DNA of 64,000 nucleotides. Source: a virus. The position numbers and the translations under genes were made by a program. The notes beneath the pieces are model-generated. The model made no database searches, had not been told where the DNA came from, and saw only the letters and a program-made list of their open reading frames with translations. Within the stretch, counting starts at the first letter, position 1; each line of letters opens with the position of its first letter. Of this stretch, positions 37,761 through 45,900 are shown in pieces. The stretch lies in the IMG/VR virus record IMGVR_UViG_3300045988_134824, positions 72,744-136,743 of that record. The stretch is one strand, 5' to 3'.

Positions 37761-39368
37761 ATGGCAGCTAAGGATAACACAATGGTAATTACTAGAAAGA
37801 TTGCTTTGATTCCTGTCGTAAGTGAGCGAAAAGAATGGAAGAAAAGAATTAATGCTTTCTTAGAAAAAGATTTTCCAAGGAAAATTGAAGCAAAGAAGAA
37901 GCAGATTAAGAATACAAGCAAGCCAGAAAATAAAGATGGGTACAAGCTGCAACTCGCAGAATTAGAAAAACAATACGAAGATTTTAAAGAAAATAGAATC
38001 GAAGAATATACTCAGAAAATGGTTAACGATTATACATATGGTCTTGTGAGAGATGCAATGGAGAGTGAAGCAAGACGAAAGAATTACATTTTGTCTTACA
38101 TATACACAAAAATGGTACAGGATGGAGTTGGATATATGCCAACATTGAAAGATAAATATACATGGATTAAAGAAAATATTAATGTCGCATATAGACGAAA
38201 AGGAAGTAATAAAGGGAGTATCTTTGATGACGTTGACATTGATAATCCATTAGGTGGATACGGAACATGCTTCTCTCAGATATTAACAAGTAAGATCAAA
38301 GATTTGGTTAAGCAGGGATTGTTAGACGGCAAAGTGTCAATTCCAAGTTTTAAAATTGACTCGCCATTTACAATTGCAAAAGCATATTTTGATCTATATC
38401 ACGAATACGAAGATATAGCAGAATTAAAGAAACGTATTTATGATTCAGATTGCAAACTGTATTGTGGATTAGGTAACAAAGGTATTCCGACCATTGCAAA
38501 TTTCAAAGTAAATATCGGACACAAAGGAAATAGAGACGAGTTAATTTCTACATTGTTAAGAATATTTACTGGAGAATACGAGATTTGTGGAAGTACAATG
38601 CAGATTTCTAAAACAAAAATTATTTTAAATTTATCAATTAGAATTCCTAAAACACAGCTTGAATTAGACGAGGACACTGTAGTTGGTGTCGATCTTGGGG
38701 TTGCAATTCCAGCGGTATGTTCTTTGAATAATAACAAATATAAGAGAGAGTATATTGGTAGTAGTGACGATTTTATTAGAATGAGAACGAAATTACAGCA
38801 CGAGAAACAGCAGTTACAGAAAGCATTAAAGATGTCAAAAGGTGGACATGGAAGAAAAAGAAAGTTGTTGGCATTAGAAAGATGTAAAAAGAAAGAACAT
38901 AACTTTGTTGAAACATACTGCCACAAAGTAAGCAAGAAAGTAGTTGATTTTGCGGTCAAGAATAAAGCGAAATATATCAATGTAGAAAATCTTTCGGGAT
39001 ATGATTCAAGTAAATTCATTTTAAGAAATTGGAGTTTTTACAAACTTCAGCAATACATAGAATATAAAGCTGCGAAATATGGTATTGAAGTTAGAAAAAT
39101 AAATCCATCATTCACATCTCAGGTATGTAGTTTCTGTGGACATTGGGAAGATGGGCAGAGGAAAGATCAAGCAACATTTGTTTGTGGTAATCCTAATTGT
39201 GAAAGCCATAAATTACATATGGTAAATGCAGACTATAATGCATCAAGAAATATTGCAATGTCAACATTATTTACGAGCGATAAATTCCAATTTTGTAAAA
39301 AGACGATGCAAAATGCGGCGGAGTATTACGGTATCCAACTAGATAATGAAGATCAATTAGCAGCGTAA
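37761..39368 (+). CDS. TnpB-like / Cas12-like (type V) RuvC nuclease, 535 aa
   Basis: RuvC-I VGVDLGVAIPAVCS (D ~38691). RuvC-II KYINVENLSG (E ~38984). Zn finger CSFCGH..CGNPNC. RuvC-III HMVNADYNASRNIA (D ~39231). Immediately followed by CRISPR-like arrays. Confidence 0.85.
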   Translation: MAAKDNTMVITRKIALIPVVSERKEWKKRINAFLEKDFPRKIEAKKKQIKNTSKPENKDGYKLQLAELEKQYEDFKENRIEEYTQKMVNDYTYGLVRDAMESEARRKNYILSYIYTKMVQDGVGYMPTLKDKYTWIKENINVAYRRKGSNKGSIFDDVDIDNPLGGYGTCFSQILTSKIKDLVKQGLLDGKVSIPSFKIDSPFTIAKAYFDLYHEYEDIAELKKRIYDSDCKLYCGLGNKGIPTIANFKVNIGHKGNRDELISTLLRIFTGEYEICGSTMQISKTKIILNLSIRIPKTQLELDEDTVVGVDLGVAIPAVCSLNNNKYKREYIGSSDDFIRMRTKLQHEKQQLQKALKMSKGGHGRKRKLLALERCKKKEHNFVETYCHKVSKKVVDFAVKNKAKYINVENLSGYDSSKFILRNWSFYKLQQYIEYKAAKYGIEVRKINPSFTSQVCSFCGHWEDGQRKDQATFVCGNPNCESHKLHMVNADYNASRNIAMSTLFTSDKFQFCKKTMQNAAEYYGIQLDNEDQLAA

Positions 39369-39530
39369 ATTATATGAAAATATATGGCATGTTTTGGAGG
39401 GAGTTCGATGCTCCCTCAGCCATAAAATAATATGACTATGCCAAGAGAGAGGAAAAAAATTCACTCACTAAAATTTGTGTAATTGAGCAAAACATAAAGT
39501 TTTGTATTACATACATAATTAAGATTTGAG
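39369..39530 (+). ncRNA. conserved unit U1 (leader / tracrRNA- or omega-RNA-like candidate) preceding array A; contains strong hairpin 39384-39424
   Basis: shares ordered blocks tatggcatgttttg(g)ag .. atgaYtatgccaaRag .. actcactaaaa .. atttgag with U2 and U3; ttgtgtaatt is complementary to repeat segment aattacaca. Confidence 0.4.
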
Positions 39531-39632
39531 GTTTGAGAACTATTGAAAATTACACAGATACAAAACATCCAGATAAATATTTTATTGACGTTGTCAGTTT
39601 GAGAACTATTGAAAATTACATAAAATGTATGG
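39531..39632 (+). CRISPR. mini-array A: 36-nt repeat gtttgagaactattgaaaattacacagatacaaaac (39531-39566), 30-nt spacer (39567-39596), distal repeat degenerate after nt 25 (39597-39632)
   Basis: read directly. Confidence 0.7.
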
Positions 39633-39770
39633 CATGTTTTGAGAAATTTTATATCCAATGTAAATTTTCTGATCATAAGAAATATGATTATGCCAAAAGT
39701 GAGATTTAAAAATAATACTCACTAAAACCTATGTGATAAAGTATCAAAATTGGACAAAGATGAAATTGAG
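39633..39770 (+). ncRNA. conserved unit U2 preceding array B
   Basis: contains stem AGTGAGA-tttaaaaataa-TACTCACT; segments acctatgt and gtatcaaa are complementary to the B repeat variant (acataggt, tttgatac). Confidence 0.4.
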
Positions 39771-39938
39771 GTTTGATACCTATTAAAAATTACATAGGTA
39801 CAAAACATGTTTTGATCTTCAGCACCTGATACAAAGTTTGATACCTATTAAAAATTACATAGGTACAAAACACAATCGGCATCCGATCTTTTCGCTGCCT
39901 GAGTTTGATACCTATTAAAAATTACACAAAGTGTGTGG
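39771..39938 (+). CRISPR. mini-array B: repeat gtttgatacctattaaaaattacataggtacaaaac x2 (39771-39806, 39836-39871), spacers 29 nt (39807-39835) and 31 nt (39872-39902), third repeat degenerate after nt 24 (39903-39938)
   Basis: read directly. Confidence 0.7.
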
Positions 39939-40037
39939 TGTGTTCTGGAGATTTTATCTCGTCTATCAAATAGGTAGATACGCCAAAAGTGAGACATGAA
40001 TGTACTCACTAAAATCTATGTTAGTTGAATATTTGAG
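39939..40037 (+). ncRNA. conserved unit U3 preceding array C
   Basis: stem AGTGAGA-catgaatg-TACTCACT has the same stem as U2 with a different loop; ends ..atttgag like U1/U2. Confidence 0.35.
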
Positions 40038-40139
40038 GTTTAAGACCTATCAAATTTAACACAGGTACAGAACTCTGACGTGCTTCATTTTATTCGATCG
40101 TGCGTAAAAGACCTATCAAATTTAACAAAATCAAAAGGA
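40038..40139 (+). CRISPR. mini-array C: repeat gtttaagacctatcaaatttaacacaggtacagaac (40038-40073), 30-nt spacer (40074-40103), degenerate terminal repeat gtaaaagacctatcaaatttaacaaaatc.. (40104-40139)
   Basis: read directly. Confidence 0.6.
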
Positions 40140-40152
40140 AATTAAACGAAAA

Positions 40153-40320
40153 ATGAAATCAAGACAGCAACGTGAACAGGAAATAAAACGATTCTTTGAT
40201 CGGCTGAGTCCCAGTGAATTGGACAGGCTGTTAGAAAGAAATGGAATTAATGATAAAGAGTCTGATGAGGCTCTTGCATATAGAATTATTAAAGAAGAAA
40301 TTGAGAAAGGAGAGATATAA
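40153..40320 (+). CDS. small charged protein (55 aa), not in ORF track
   Basis: ATG 40153; MKSRQQREQEIKRFFDRLSPSELDRLLERNGINDKESDEALAYRIIKEEIEKGEI. Confidence 0.3.
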   Translation: MKSRQQREQEIKRFFDRLSPSELDRLLERNGINDKESDEALAYRIIKEEIEKGEI

Positions 40321-40625
40321 TGAACAACTTCTTATATATTGAATCACGGGAAGAAGAGAATACATCCCTCGATTCTAAACGTGTTTTATTGAATGAAGAA
40401 AATTACAAACATATTATTTCATCATTAGATCATTATCCACCGACGGCAGACGAAGTTAAGAAAGCAATTTGTATTTTGACTGGACGATTGATCTACAGAA
40501 GCGTTTGGAATATGGAATCTGATATTGATAGTTTAAATATGAGTTTATCACCGCCAAAAGAAATGACGGTTGCAGAAATTGAAAAGGAACTTGGTTATAA
40601 AGTTAAGATTGTAAAGGAGAAATAA
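40320..40625 (+). CDS. hypothetical protein (101 aa)
   Basis: ORF with RBS. Confidence 0.45.
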   Translation: MNNFLYIESREEENTSLDSKRVLLNEENYKHIISSLDHYPPTADEVKKAICILTGRLIYRSVWNMESDIDSLNMSLSPPKEMTVAEIEKELGYKVKIVKEK

Positions 40626-40936
40626 TGCCAATGGCAAAAAAGAAACAAGGAATGTCGTTTGAAATGATGATGCAAAATATGGAAATTAATCCAAGGCAAT
40701 TGTATCGTCGTAGTTCGTGGAAGAAGACACGAACAACTTATGATTATGTGTTTATGATGTGCGAAGAAGAATTAAATGAGATTATTCCATTTGATAAAAA
40801 ATATAAAATGAAACCACTCTTATGTAGAGACCAAAATGGAGTTATAACATTGGGATGGTTGCCTACACAAGAGGATATTTTCGCAAATGATTGGGTTGAG
40901 CAAGGATGGGATTTTAACAGTAAAAGGAAGAGGTGA
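40625..40936 (+). CDS. hypothetical protein (103 aa)
   Basis: ORF. Confidence 0.45.
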   Translation: MPMAKKKQGMSFEMMMQNMEINPRQLYRRSSWKKTRTTYDYVFMMCEEELNEIIPFDKKYKMKPLLCRDQNGVITLGWLPTQEDIFANDWVEQGWDFNSKRKR

Positions 40937-40944
40937 ATAATTAA

Positions 40945-41244
40945 TTGAATTTTATAAAAGCAATGATCGCAATAAAAAAAGACAAAACTACTATAAGAAG
41001 AGGCATTTGGGGAAAGGAAAAGTATTTGAAAATTTATTCGTCAGAATTAACTAATGTTTATTTTGAGTGTAATGATATGGGTGAATATAAGCCAGATTCA
41101 ATTATTTTTTTATTTGATAAAGAAAACGCAGAAGTTTGGATACCTCTTGCGGAAGATGTATATGCAGATGACTGGGAAATATATGTTGAATCGGTTAAAA
41201 AGCCAAATCAATCAAAAGCAAAGGTGAAGGAGAAAGAAGAATGA
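40945..41244 (+). CDS. hypothetical protein (99 aa)
   Basis: ORF. Confidence 0.4.
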   Translation: MNFIKAMIAIKKDKTTIRRGIWGKEKYLKIYSSELTNVYFECNDMGEYKPDSIIFLFDKENAEVWIPLAEDVYADDWEIYVESVKKPNQSKAKVKEKEE

Positions 41245-41654
41245 AAGTGTTTTTAGGCGGAACATGCTCTGGATGGAAGTGGAGAGACCAGCTACAGAAG
41301 ATGTTGGATTGTGATTATTATAATCCAATCGTAAAAAATTGGAGTGAAGAAGACCGACTGCGGGAAGTCAAGGAAAGAGAAGAATCTGACTATGTTCTGT
41401 ATGGCATTACGAATGGTATTAAAGGAGTATACAGTATTGCAGAAGTAGTTGATGATTCTCATAAGCGACCAGATAAAGTGATCTTTCTTAATCTCTATCA
41501 GGAACAAAAGAATAAAGAATCTAAGCAGATGAGCCACAGTTTAAAAGCAGTCGAAAATTTATTGAAAGAAAATCGTATTAAAGTATATTCTGGCGTACAT
41601 GCTATGCAGGATGTTGCAGATTTTCTTAACTTAATGAATAAACGAAAGGGGTAA
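41241..41654 (+). CDS. nucleoside 2-deoxyribosyltransferase-like protein (paralog 1)
   Basis: MKVFLGGTCSGWKWRDQL N-terminal pattern and overall similarity to 45890 ORF. Confidence 0.4.
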   Translation: MKVFLGGTCSGWKWRDQLQKMLDCDYYNPIVKNWSEEDRLREVKEREESDYVLYGITNGIKGVYSIAEVVDDSHKRPDKVIFLNLYQEQKNKESKQMSHSLKAVENLLKENRIKVYSGVHAMQDVADFLNLMNKRKG

Positions 41655-41660
41655 AGAAGA

Positions 41661-42614
41661 ATGAAATGTTTTTATCATGTTGATCAGGACGGCATCGTAT
41701 CTGGTTTCTATGTCAGAAAAGCTTGCGAACAGCGAGGTTTAGAGTTTAAACCAGAAGACTTCCGAAAAATTAATTACGGCATGAAATTCCCGTTTCATGA
41801 CATTGAGCAGGATGAATTTGTGTTTATTGTAGACTACAGTATTGAGCCAGAAGAGATGTGGCAGTTGCTCAGTATTACAAAGAATGTATTTTGGATCGAC
41901 CATCATCAGTCTACGATTGAAGCGTATAAAGATTTCAAGTGTGATGTAAAAGGAATCAGAATTACTGGAGCGGGTATTTCAGGAGCGAATTTGACATGGT
42001 TATATTTTAAATATATGTGTGATGAAAATTGGGAGCAAATTGAGAGGACGGATGAGAAAAATGTAAAAAGATTACTCAATATATATAAATATAAAGCAGA
42101 TTATCCAAAACTGGCAGAATATACAGCCATGTGGGATACATTTTATTTTGGTGAAACGTCAAAACAATTCGTAAAAGCATTTCACTATGCATTTGAATCG
42201 TATGATTTTGATGCGTTAAGTCCATTGCTAAACACGTTAAATAAAGATCAAGGAATTTATGAAGCAGCAAAAATTATTGGTGATATGATAGCAGATGGCT
42301 TATCAATTATTGAGTATTTAGCAGCAAATGCAGAACAATATCTTAGAGCATATGGTTTTGAAACCATATTTGAGGGACATAAAGTCTATGCAATCAACCG
42401 AGCATTAATCAATTATGATTTCTTTGAATCTATTGATGCTTCTAAATATGATATGTTCATTGGTTTTTCGTTCAATGGAAGTATGTGGGAATATCAGTTG
42501 CGATCCGCAGAACAGGATAAAGTAAATGTGTATGAGCTTGCTGTGAAATATGGTGGCGGTGGTCATCCAAATGCAGCTGGGTTCAGAAGTGATAAGTATG
42601 TGTTAGGAGTGTGA
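41661..42614 (+). CDS. DHH-DHHA1 phosphoesterase (NrnA-like nanoRNase / pAp phosphatase family)
   Basis: motif I HVDQDGIVS, motif III WIDHHQS, DHHA1 GGGGHPNAAGF. Confidence 0.7.
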   Translation: MKCFYHVDQDGIVSGFYVRKACEQRGLEFKPEDFRKINYGMKFPFHDIEQDEFVFIVDYSIEPEEMWQLLSITKNVFWIDHHQSTIEAYKDFKCDVKGIRITGAGISGANLTWLYFKYMCDENWEQIERTDEKNVKRLLNIYKYKADYPKLAEYTAMWDTFYFGETSKQFVKAFHYAFESYDFDALSPLLNTLNKDQGIYEAAKIIGDMIADGLSIIEYLAANAEQYLRAYGFETIFEGHKVYAINRALINYDFFESIDASKYDMFIGFSFNGSMWEYQLRSAEQDKVNVYELAVKYGGGGHPNAAGFRSDKYVLGV

Positions 42615-42617
42615 TGT

Positions 42618-43403
42618 ATGTCAAGGAAAAATACAAGAGAATTTGAACTTGCTTTTAGTAAAAATAGAGACCCAGATTGGGAAGCCGATGTAGAGATTTA
42701 TGGAAAAAGGGTTTTAAAAACAGTACGTGGTATTTGTCTTGGTGATGAATGGACAGAAATTAATTCATTGAGAAACAAGGATCATATTGAGTTAGCGGAG
42801 ATGTTTTGTAATTTTGACGATCATAATCCACATTTTAATCTGAGCCCTCAATATGTTTTATTGGATAAGTTTTCTATAACATCTCCTGCGATATTGTGTA
42901 GTGATGAAATAGTTATGAAAAATGGCAAAGTTTTGAATGTTGATAATATATCAGCAAATCTATCAGGCAAAAATGAAGTATACAAGATTTATTCAAATAC
43001 AAAATATGATGATTATACATATTATGATGAATCAGAAAATTTAGTATTTGAATTAGCATCAAAAGATGTTGATAAGATAATCCGATTTATGAGAGATTTT
43101 ATGGATGAATTACGTGATGCTAAATTAACAAAGTATAGAAATAGTAATTTTTTATGGAGACTATTTAACACTCTTGATATGCCACATTTTAAACAAACAT
43201 ATTCCATGAATGATTTGAAAAAATATACAAACACATTTAGATCTGAGGTTTGTGGTCAACTAAAAGAAACTATTCCTAATTTTAAATATACTGGAGTTCC
43301 AATGGGCGGGTATATTGAAAGATATTTTGAATTAAGTTATGTAGAGGAAGTACAAAAATTCATTAAAGAACAGGAGGCAAAGAGATGTGAAGAAACTAAA
43401 TGA
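42618..43403 (+). CDS. hypothetical protein (261 aa)
   Basis: ORF. Confidence 0.45.
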   Translation: MSRKNTREFELAFSKNRDPDWEADVEIYGKRVLKTVRGICLGDEWTEINSLRNKDHIELAEMFCNFDDHNPHFNLSPQYVLLDKFSITSPAILCSDEIVMKNGKVLNVDNISANLSGKNEVYKIYSNTKYDDYTYYDESENLVFELASKDVDKIIRFMRDFMDELRDAKLTKYRNSNFLWRLFNTLDMPHFKQTYSMNDLKKYTNTFRSEVCGQLKETIPNFKYTGVPMGGYIERYFELSYVEEVQKFIKEQEAKRCEETK

Positions 43404-43920
43404 TGAACAGCGAAGGCTGATTGAAGATAATTACTCTTTGATTTGGCATTTACATGAAAAATATTTTACAAAGTTTACAGATTTTGATACATATATGGAT
43501 CTTGGTCGTATGGCAATTTGTAAAGCAGCATTAAAATGGGACGAGTCTAAAGGAACTTTTGGTACATATCTCTTCTTGGTATTACGTTCAGAAGTGAATC
43601 AATATTATACAAAATGGCACAGACTAACAGAAAAAATGAATAGGAATGCTGAATCGTTAGATACACCATTGGCAGGATACGAACCAGAAGATGATATTAC
43701 AATCGGAACAACACTGATGAGTAAAGATAATGTAGAGGATGAGGTGCTTACAAAGGTACATTTTCAAAATGAGTTTGATAAATTGGCACCGAGAAATAAA
43801 AAGATTATCACGTTAAAGCAGAAAGGTTTAACACAAAGACAAATTGCAAGTCAGCTTGGAATCACTCATCAGTGGGTTAGTCAAAATATTGTACAGTTTA
43901 AGAAAGCATTATGTGGATAA
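43387..43920 (+). CDS. sigma-70 family RNA polymerase sigma factor (regions 2 and 4)
   Basis: GTYLFLVLRSEVNQYY region-2-like; C-terminal LTQRQIASQLGITHQWVSQNIVQFKKAL region-4 HTH. Confidence 0.65.
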   Translation: MKKLNDEQRRLIEDNYSLIWHLHEKYFTKFTDFDTYMDLGRMAICKAALKWDESKGTFGTYLFLVLRSEVNQYYTKWHRLTEKMNRNAESLDTPLAGYEPEDDITIGTTLMSKDNVEDEVLTKVHFQNEFDKLAPRNKKIITLKQKGLTQRQIASQLGITHQWVSQNIVQFKKALCG

Positions 43921-43933
43921 AAGAGGTGAGATC

Positions 43934-44764
43934 ATGACAATTGAAGAAGTAAAAGATTACATAAACTCGTCTCCAGAGTATGACTTTTTACGAGATTATC
44001 CTCACAAAATCGCTTTTCTCACGCTAGGTGGAAGTTATGCCTACGGAACAAATACAGAGGATTCTGATATTGATTTACGTGGTGTTTTCCTTAGTGATAA
44101 AAGAGAGATTTTGTTGAATAATAGTATGAAATTAGTAGACACAAGGAAAGATACCGATACTACAATGTATGCATTGAAGAAATATGTTGGTCTATGCGCT
44201 AAAGGAAATCCTACGGCATTAGAGTTGTTGTATAATCGTCCAGAATGCTATTTATATGTATCCGATATTGGTATGGAGTTGATTAAAAATCGAGACATGT
44301 TTTTATCAAAGAAAATTTGGTATGCATTTAACGGATATTCACAGGCTTTAGAAGAACAAACAATCAGATTGTATGACGAAACTATCTTAACAGAAGATCA
44401 GATTAATTTAGCAAAGAAGAAGGTTTGTAAGGCGATGATGCATGTAATTAGAGTAATACACAATGGAACAGCGTTATTGAAAACATCTACAATGCAAACT
44501 TACAACTTCGAGCTTCTCAGGCAAAGTTTATTATTACTGAGAGACGGAGCTTATTGTAGTAGTATGGTGATCAAAGGAAGAGCGACTGATGATATAATCA
44601 AACGATTTGTTCCATCTAATGATTTTGGGGAGCTATTTGATTGCTTTTATCAAGCTTTTGAAAACGCATTTAAAACTACAACTTTACCAGATGAACCAGA
44701 CTGGGATCGTATTAATGATTTTCTGGCAACAACAAATGAACGAATTGTGAGAGGAATGGTGTAA
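43934..44764 (+). CDS. Pol-beta-superfamily nucleotidyltransferase (track ORF starts 43844; ATG 43934 preferred)
   Basis: GGSYAYGTNTEDSDIDLRGVF = G-S-x9-D-x-D nucleotidyltransferase active-site motif. Confidence 0.55.
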   Translation: MTIEEVKDYINSSPEYDFLRDYPHKIAFLTLGGSYAYGTNTEDSDIDLRGVFLSDKREILLNNSMKLVDTRKDTDTTMYALKKYVGLCAKGNPTALELLYNRPECYLYVSDIGMELIKNRDMFLSKKIWYAFNGYSQALEEQTIRLYDETILTEDQINLAKKKVCKAMMHVIRVIHNGTALLKTSTMQTYNFELLRQSLLLLRDGAYCSSMVIKGRATDDIIKRFVPSNDFGELFDCFYQAFENAFKTTTLPDEPDWDRINDFLATTNERIVRGMV

Positions 44765-44766
44765 AA

Positions 44767-45036
44767 ATGTATGTAAAGATTGGAGACGAAATTGCTTTTC
44801 ATCCTGGCGAATGCTTAGAAGAATTTGTTGAATCTTGCAGGATGACTCCTTATCAGCTTGCGAGTAAAATTGGCATAGATGTTGATTATGTGCAAGGGCT
44901 GATTGACGGATTACAAAGTGTTACAAAAGAATTTGCGAAAACAATGGCAGACCATTATGGGTTTGCTGATGATGGTCAGTTCTGGTTAAATTTGCAAGAA
45001 ACATTTGATAAGAAAGTAGATGATAGAGATGTTTGA
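44767..45036 (+). CDS. HigA-like XRE-HTH protein (antitoxin-like)
   Basis: HPGECLEEFVESCRMTPYQLASKIGIDVDYVQGLIDGLQSVTKEFAKTMADHYGFADDGQFWLNLQETFD matches HigA antidote family pattern. Confidence 0.55.
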   Translation: MYVKIGDEIAFHPGECLEEFVESCRMTPYQLASKIGIDVDYVQGLIDGLQSVTKEFAKTMADHYGFADDGQFWLNLQETFDKKVDDRDV

Positions 45037-45562
45037 ATTAATAAAACAACCACGTTCTGATAACGATAAATGTACTAAATATGATGTTGTGCTTGATAAA
45101 GATTATACTGTAGAAGAATTTATTGATGCGATTGCAGATGGAAGAAATGGAACGCATGGTCAAATCACAATAAAAAATGATAAAGAAGCCATTGAATCAT
45201 TTGTCTATAATATCGAGAGTATTGATTATAGACATTGTAAACTTCAAAATGCTGAAGAAAAAATTAAACAAGTATGGGCAGATGGTAGCTGGTTAAAAAT
45301 TAATTATACTATCTTACTTGAAAACAAACAGGAAACACAAAAAGGTGCGCTCAGATTTATTGTTAAGAAGCCAAATGGGGAAGAATCAGTGGTGGTTATT
45401 TTTAAGAACAAATCCGATGGCACATATTCATTTGTTAATTTGACAAAAGAGCATATTTGTTCATGTAAATTTAAAACAATTGAGGAAGCCATTCAGGATA
45501 TGAATGATCGCTTAAGAAAAGGATTGATTGAGTCCTATATTGTGAAAGGAGAAAGAAAATAA
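45020..45562 (+). CDS. hypothetical protein (180 aa)
   Basis: ORF. Confidence 0.45.
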   Translation: MIEMFELIKQPRSDNDKCTKYDVVLDKDYTVEEFIDAIADGRNGTHGQITIKNDKEAIESFVYNIESIDYRHCKLQNAEEKIKQVWADGSWLKINYTILLENKQETQKGALRFIVKKPNGEESVVVIFKNKSDGTYSFVNLTKEHICSCKFKTIEEAIQDMNDRLRKGLIESYIVKGERK

Positions 45563-45900
45563 TGGATATACATATTGGAGATTTTTGGCAGAACAAATGT
45601 AATCCAAAAGTAATTCAACATGTAGTTAATTTTTCATTTAGAATGGGTGGATTTCCAAGTAGTAAAGATATGCTACTGATCTGTGAAGAATTTCATTATA
45701 CAAAGATAGGTGAGGATTCTGCCTCTGTTAAAGAAGATTCCAGATTCTTCACACATATTACAGTGGATAATTTTAAAAAGATGAATCAATGTATTCTAAG
45801 TGCTGAGAGGATTATGAAAGATACTCAGGCATTTAAAACAGATAAAGATATTTTGGATTATTTAACAAAGAAAGTGGAGGAGAAATTAAATGCAAAATAA
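45562..45900 (+). CDS. hypothetical protein (112 aa)
   Basis: ORF. Confidence 0.4.
   Translation: MDIHIGDFWQNKCNPKVIQHVVNFSFRMGGFPSSKDMLLICEEFHYTKIGEDSASVKEDSRFFTHITVDNFKKMNQCILSAERIMKDTQAFKTDKDILDYLTKKVEEKLNAK

Noticed and set aside
38438-39019. 193-aa minus-strand ORF inside the TnpB/Cas12-like gene
   Set aside because: Antisense to a gene with unambiguous RuvC motifs. Low-complexity hydrophobic translation typical of AT-rich antisense frames. No RBS.
37761-40139. Interpretation as a simple IS200/IS605 (TnpB-only) insertion sequence
   Set aside because: No TnpA and no recognisable subterminal palindromic LE/RE. The 3' flank is a periodic 36/30-nt repeat-spacer structure with degenerate distal repeats, which an IS right end does not explain. 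A TnpB-derived origin of the nuclease is still likely.
39369-40139. Interpretation as replication-origin iterons
   Set aside because: 36-nt repeats with ~30-nt unique spacers and terminal-repeat degeneration fit CRISPR architecture better than iterons. Iterons are usually shorter, tandem or near-tandem, and are not paired with a RuvC nuclease.
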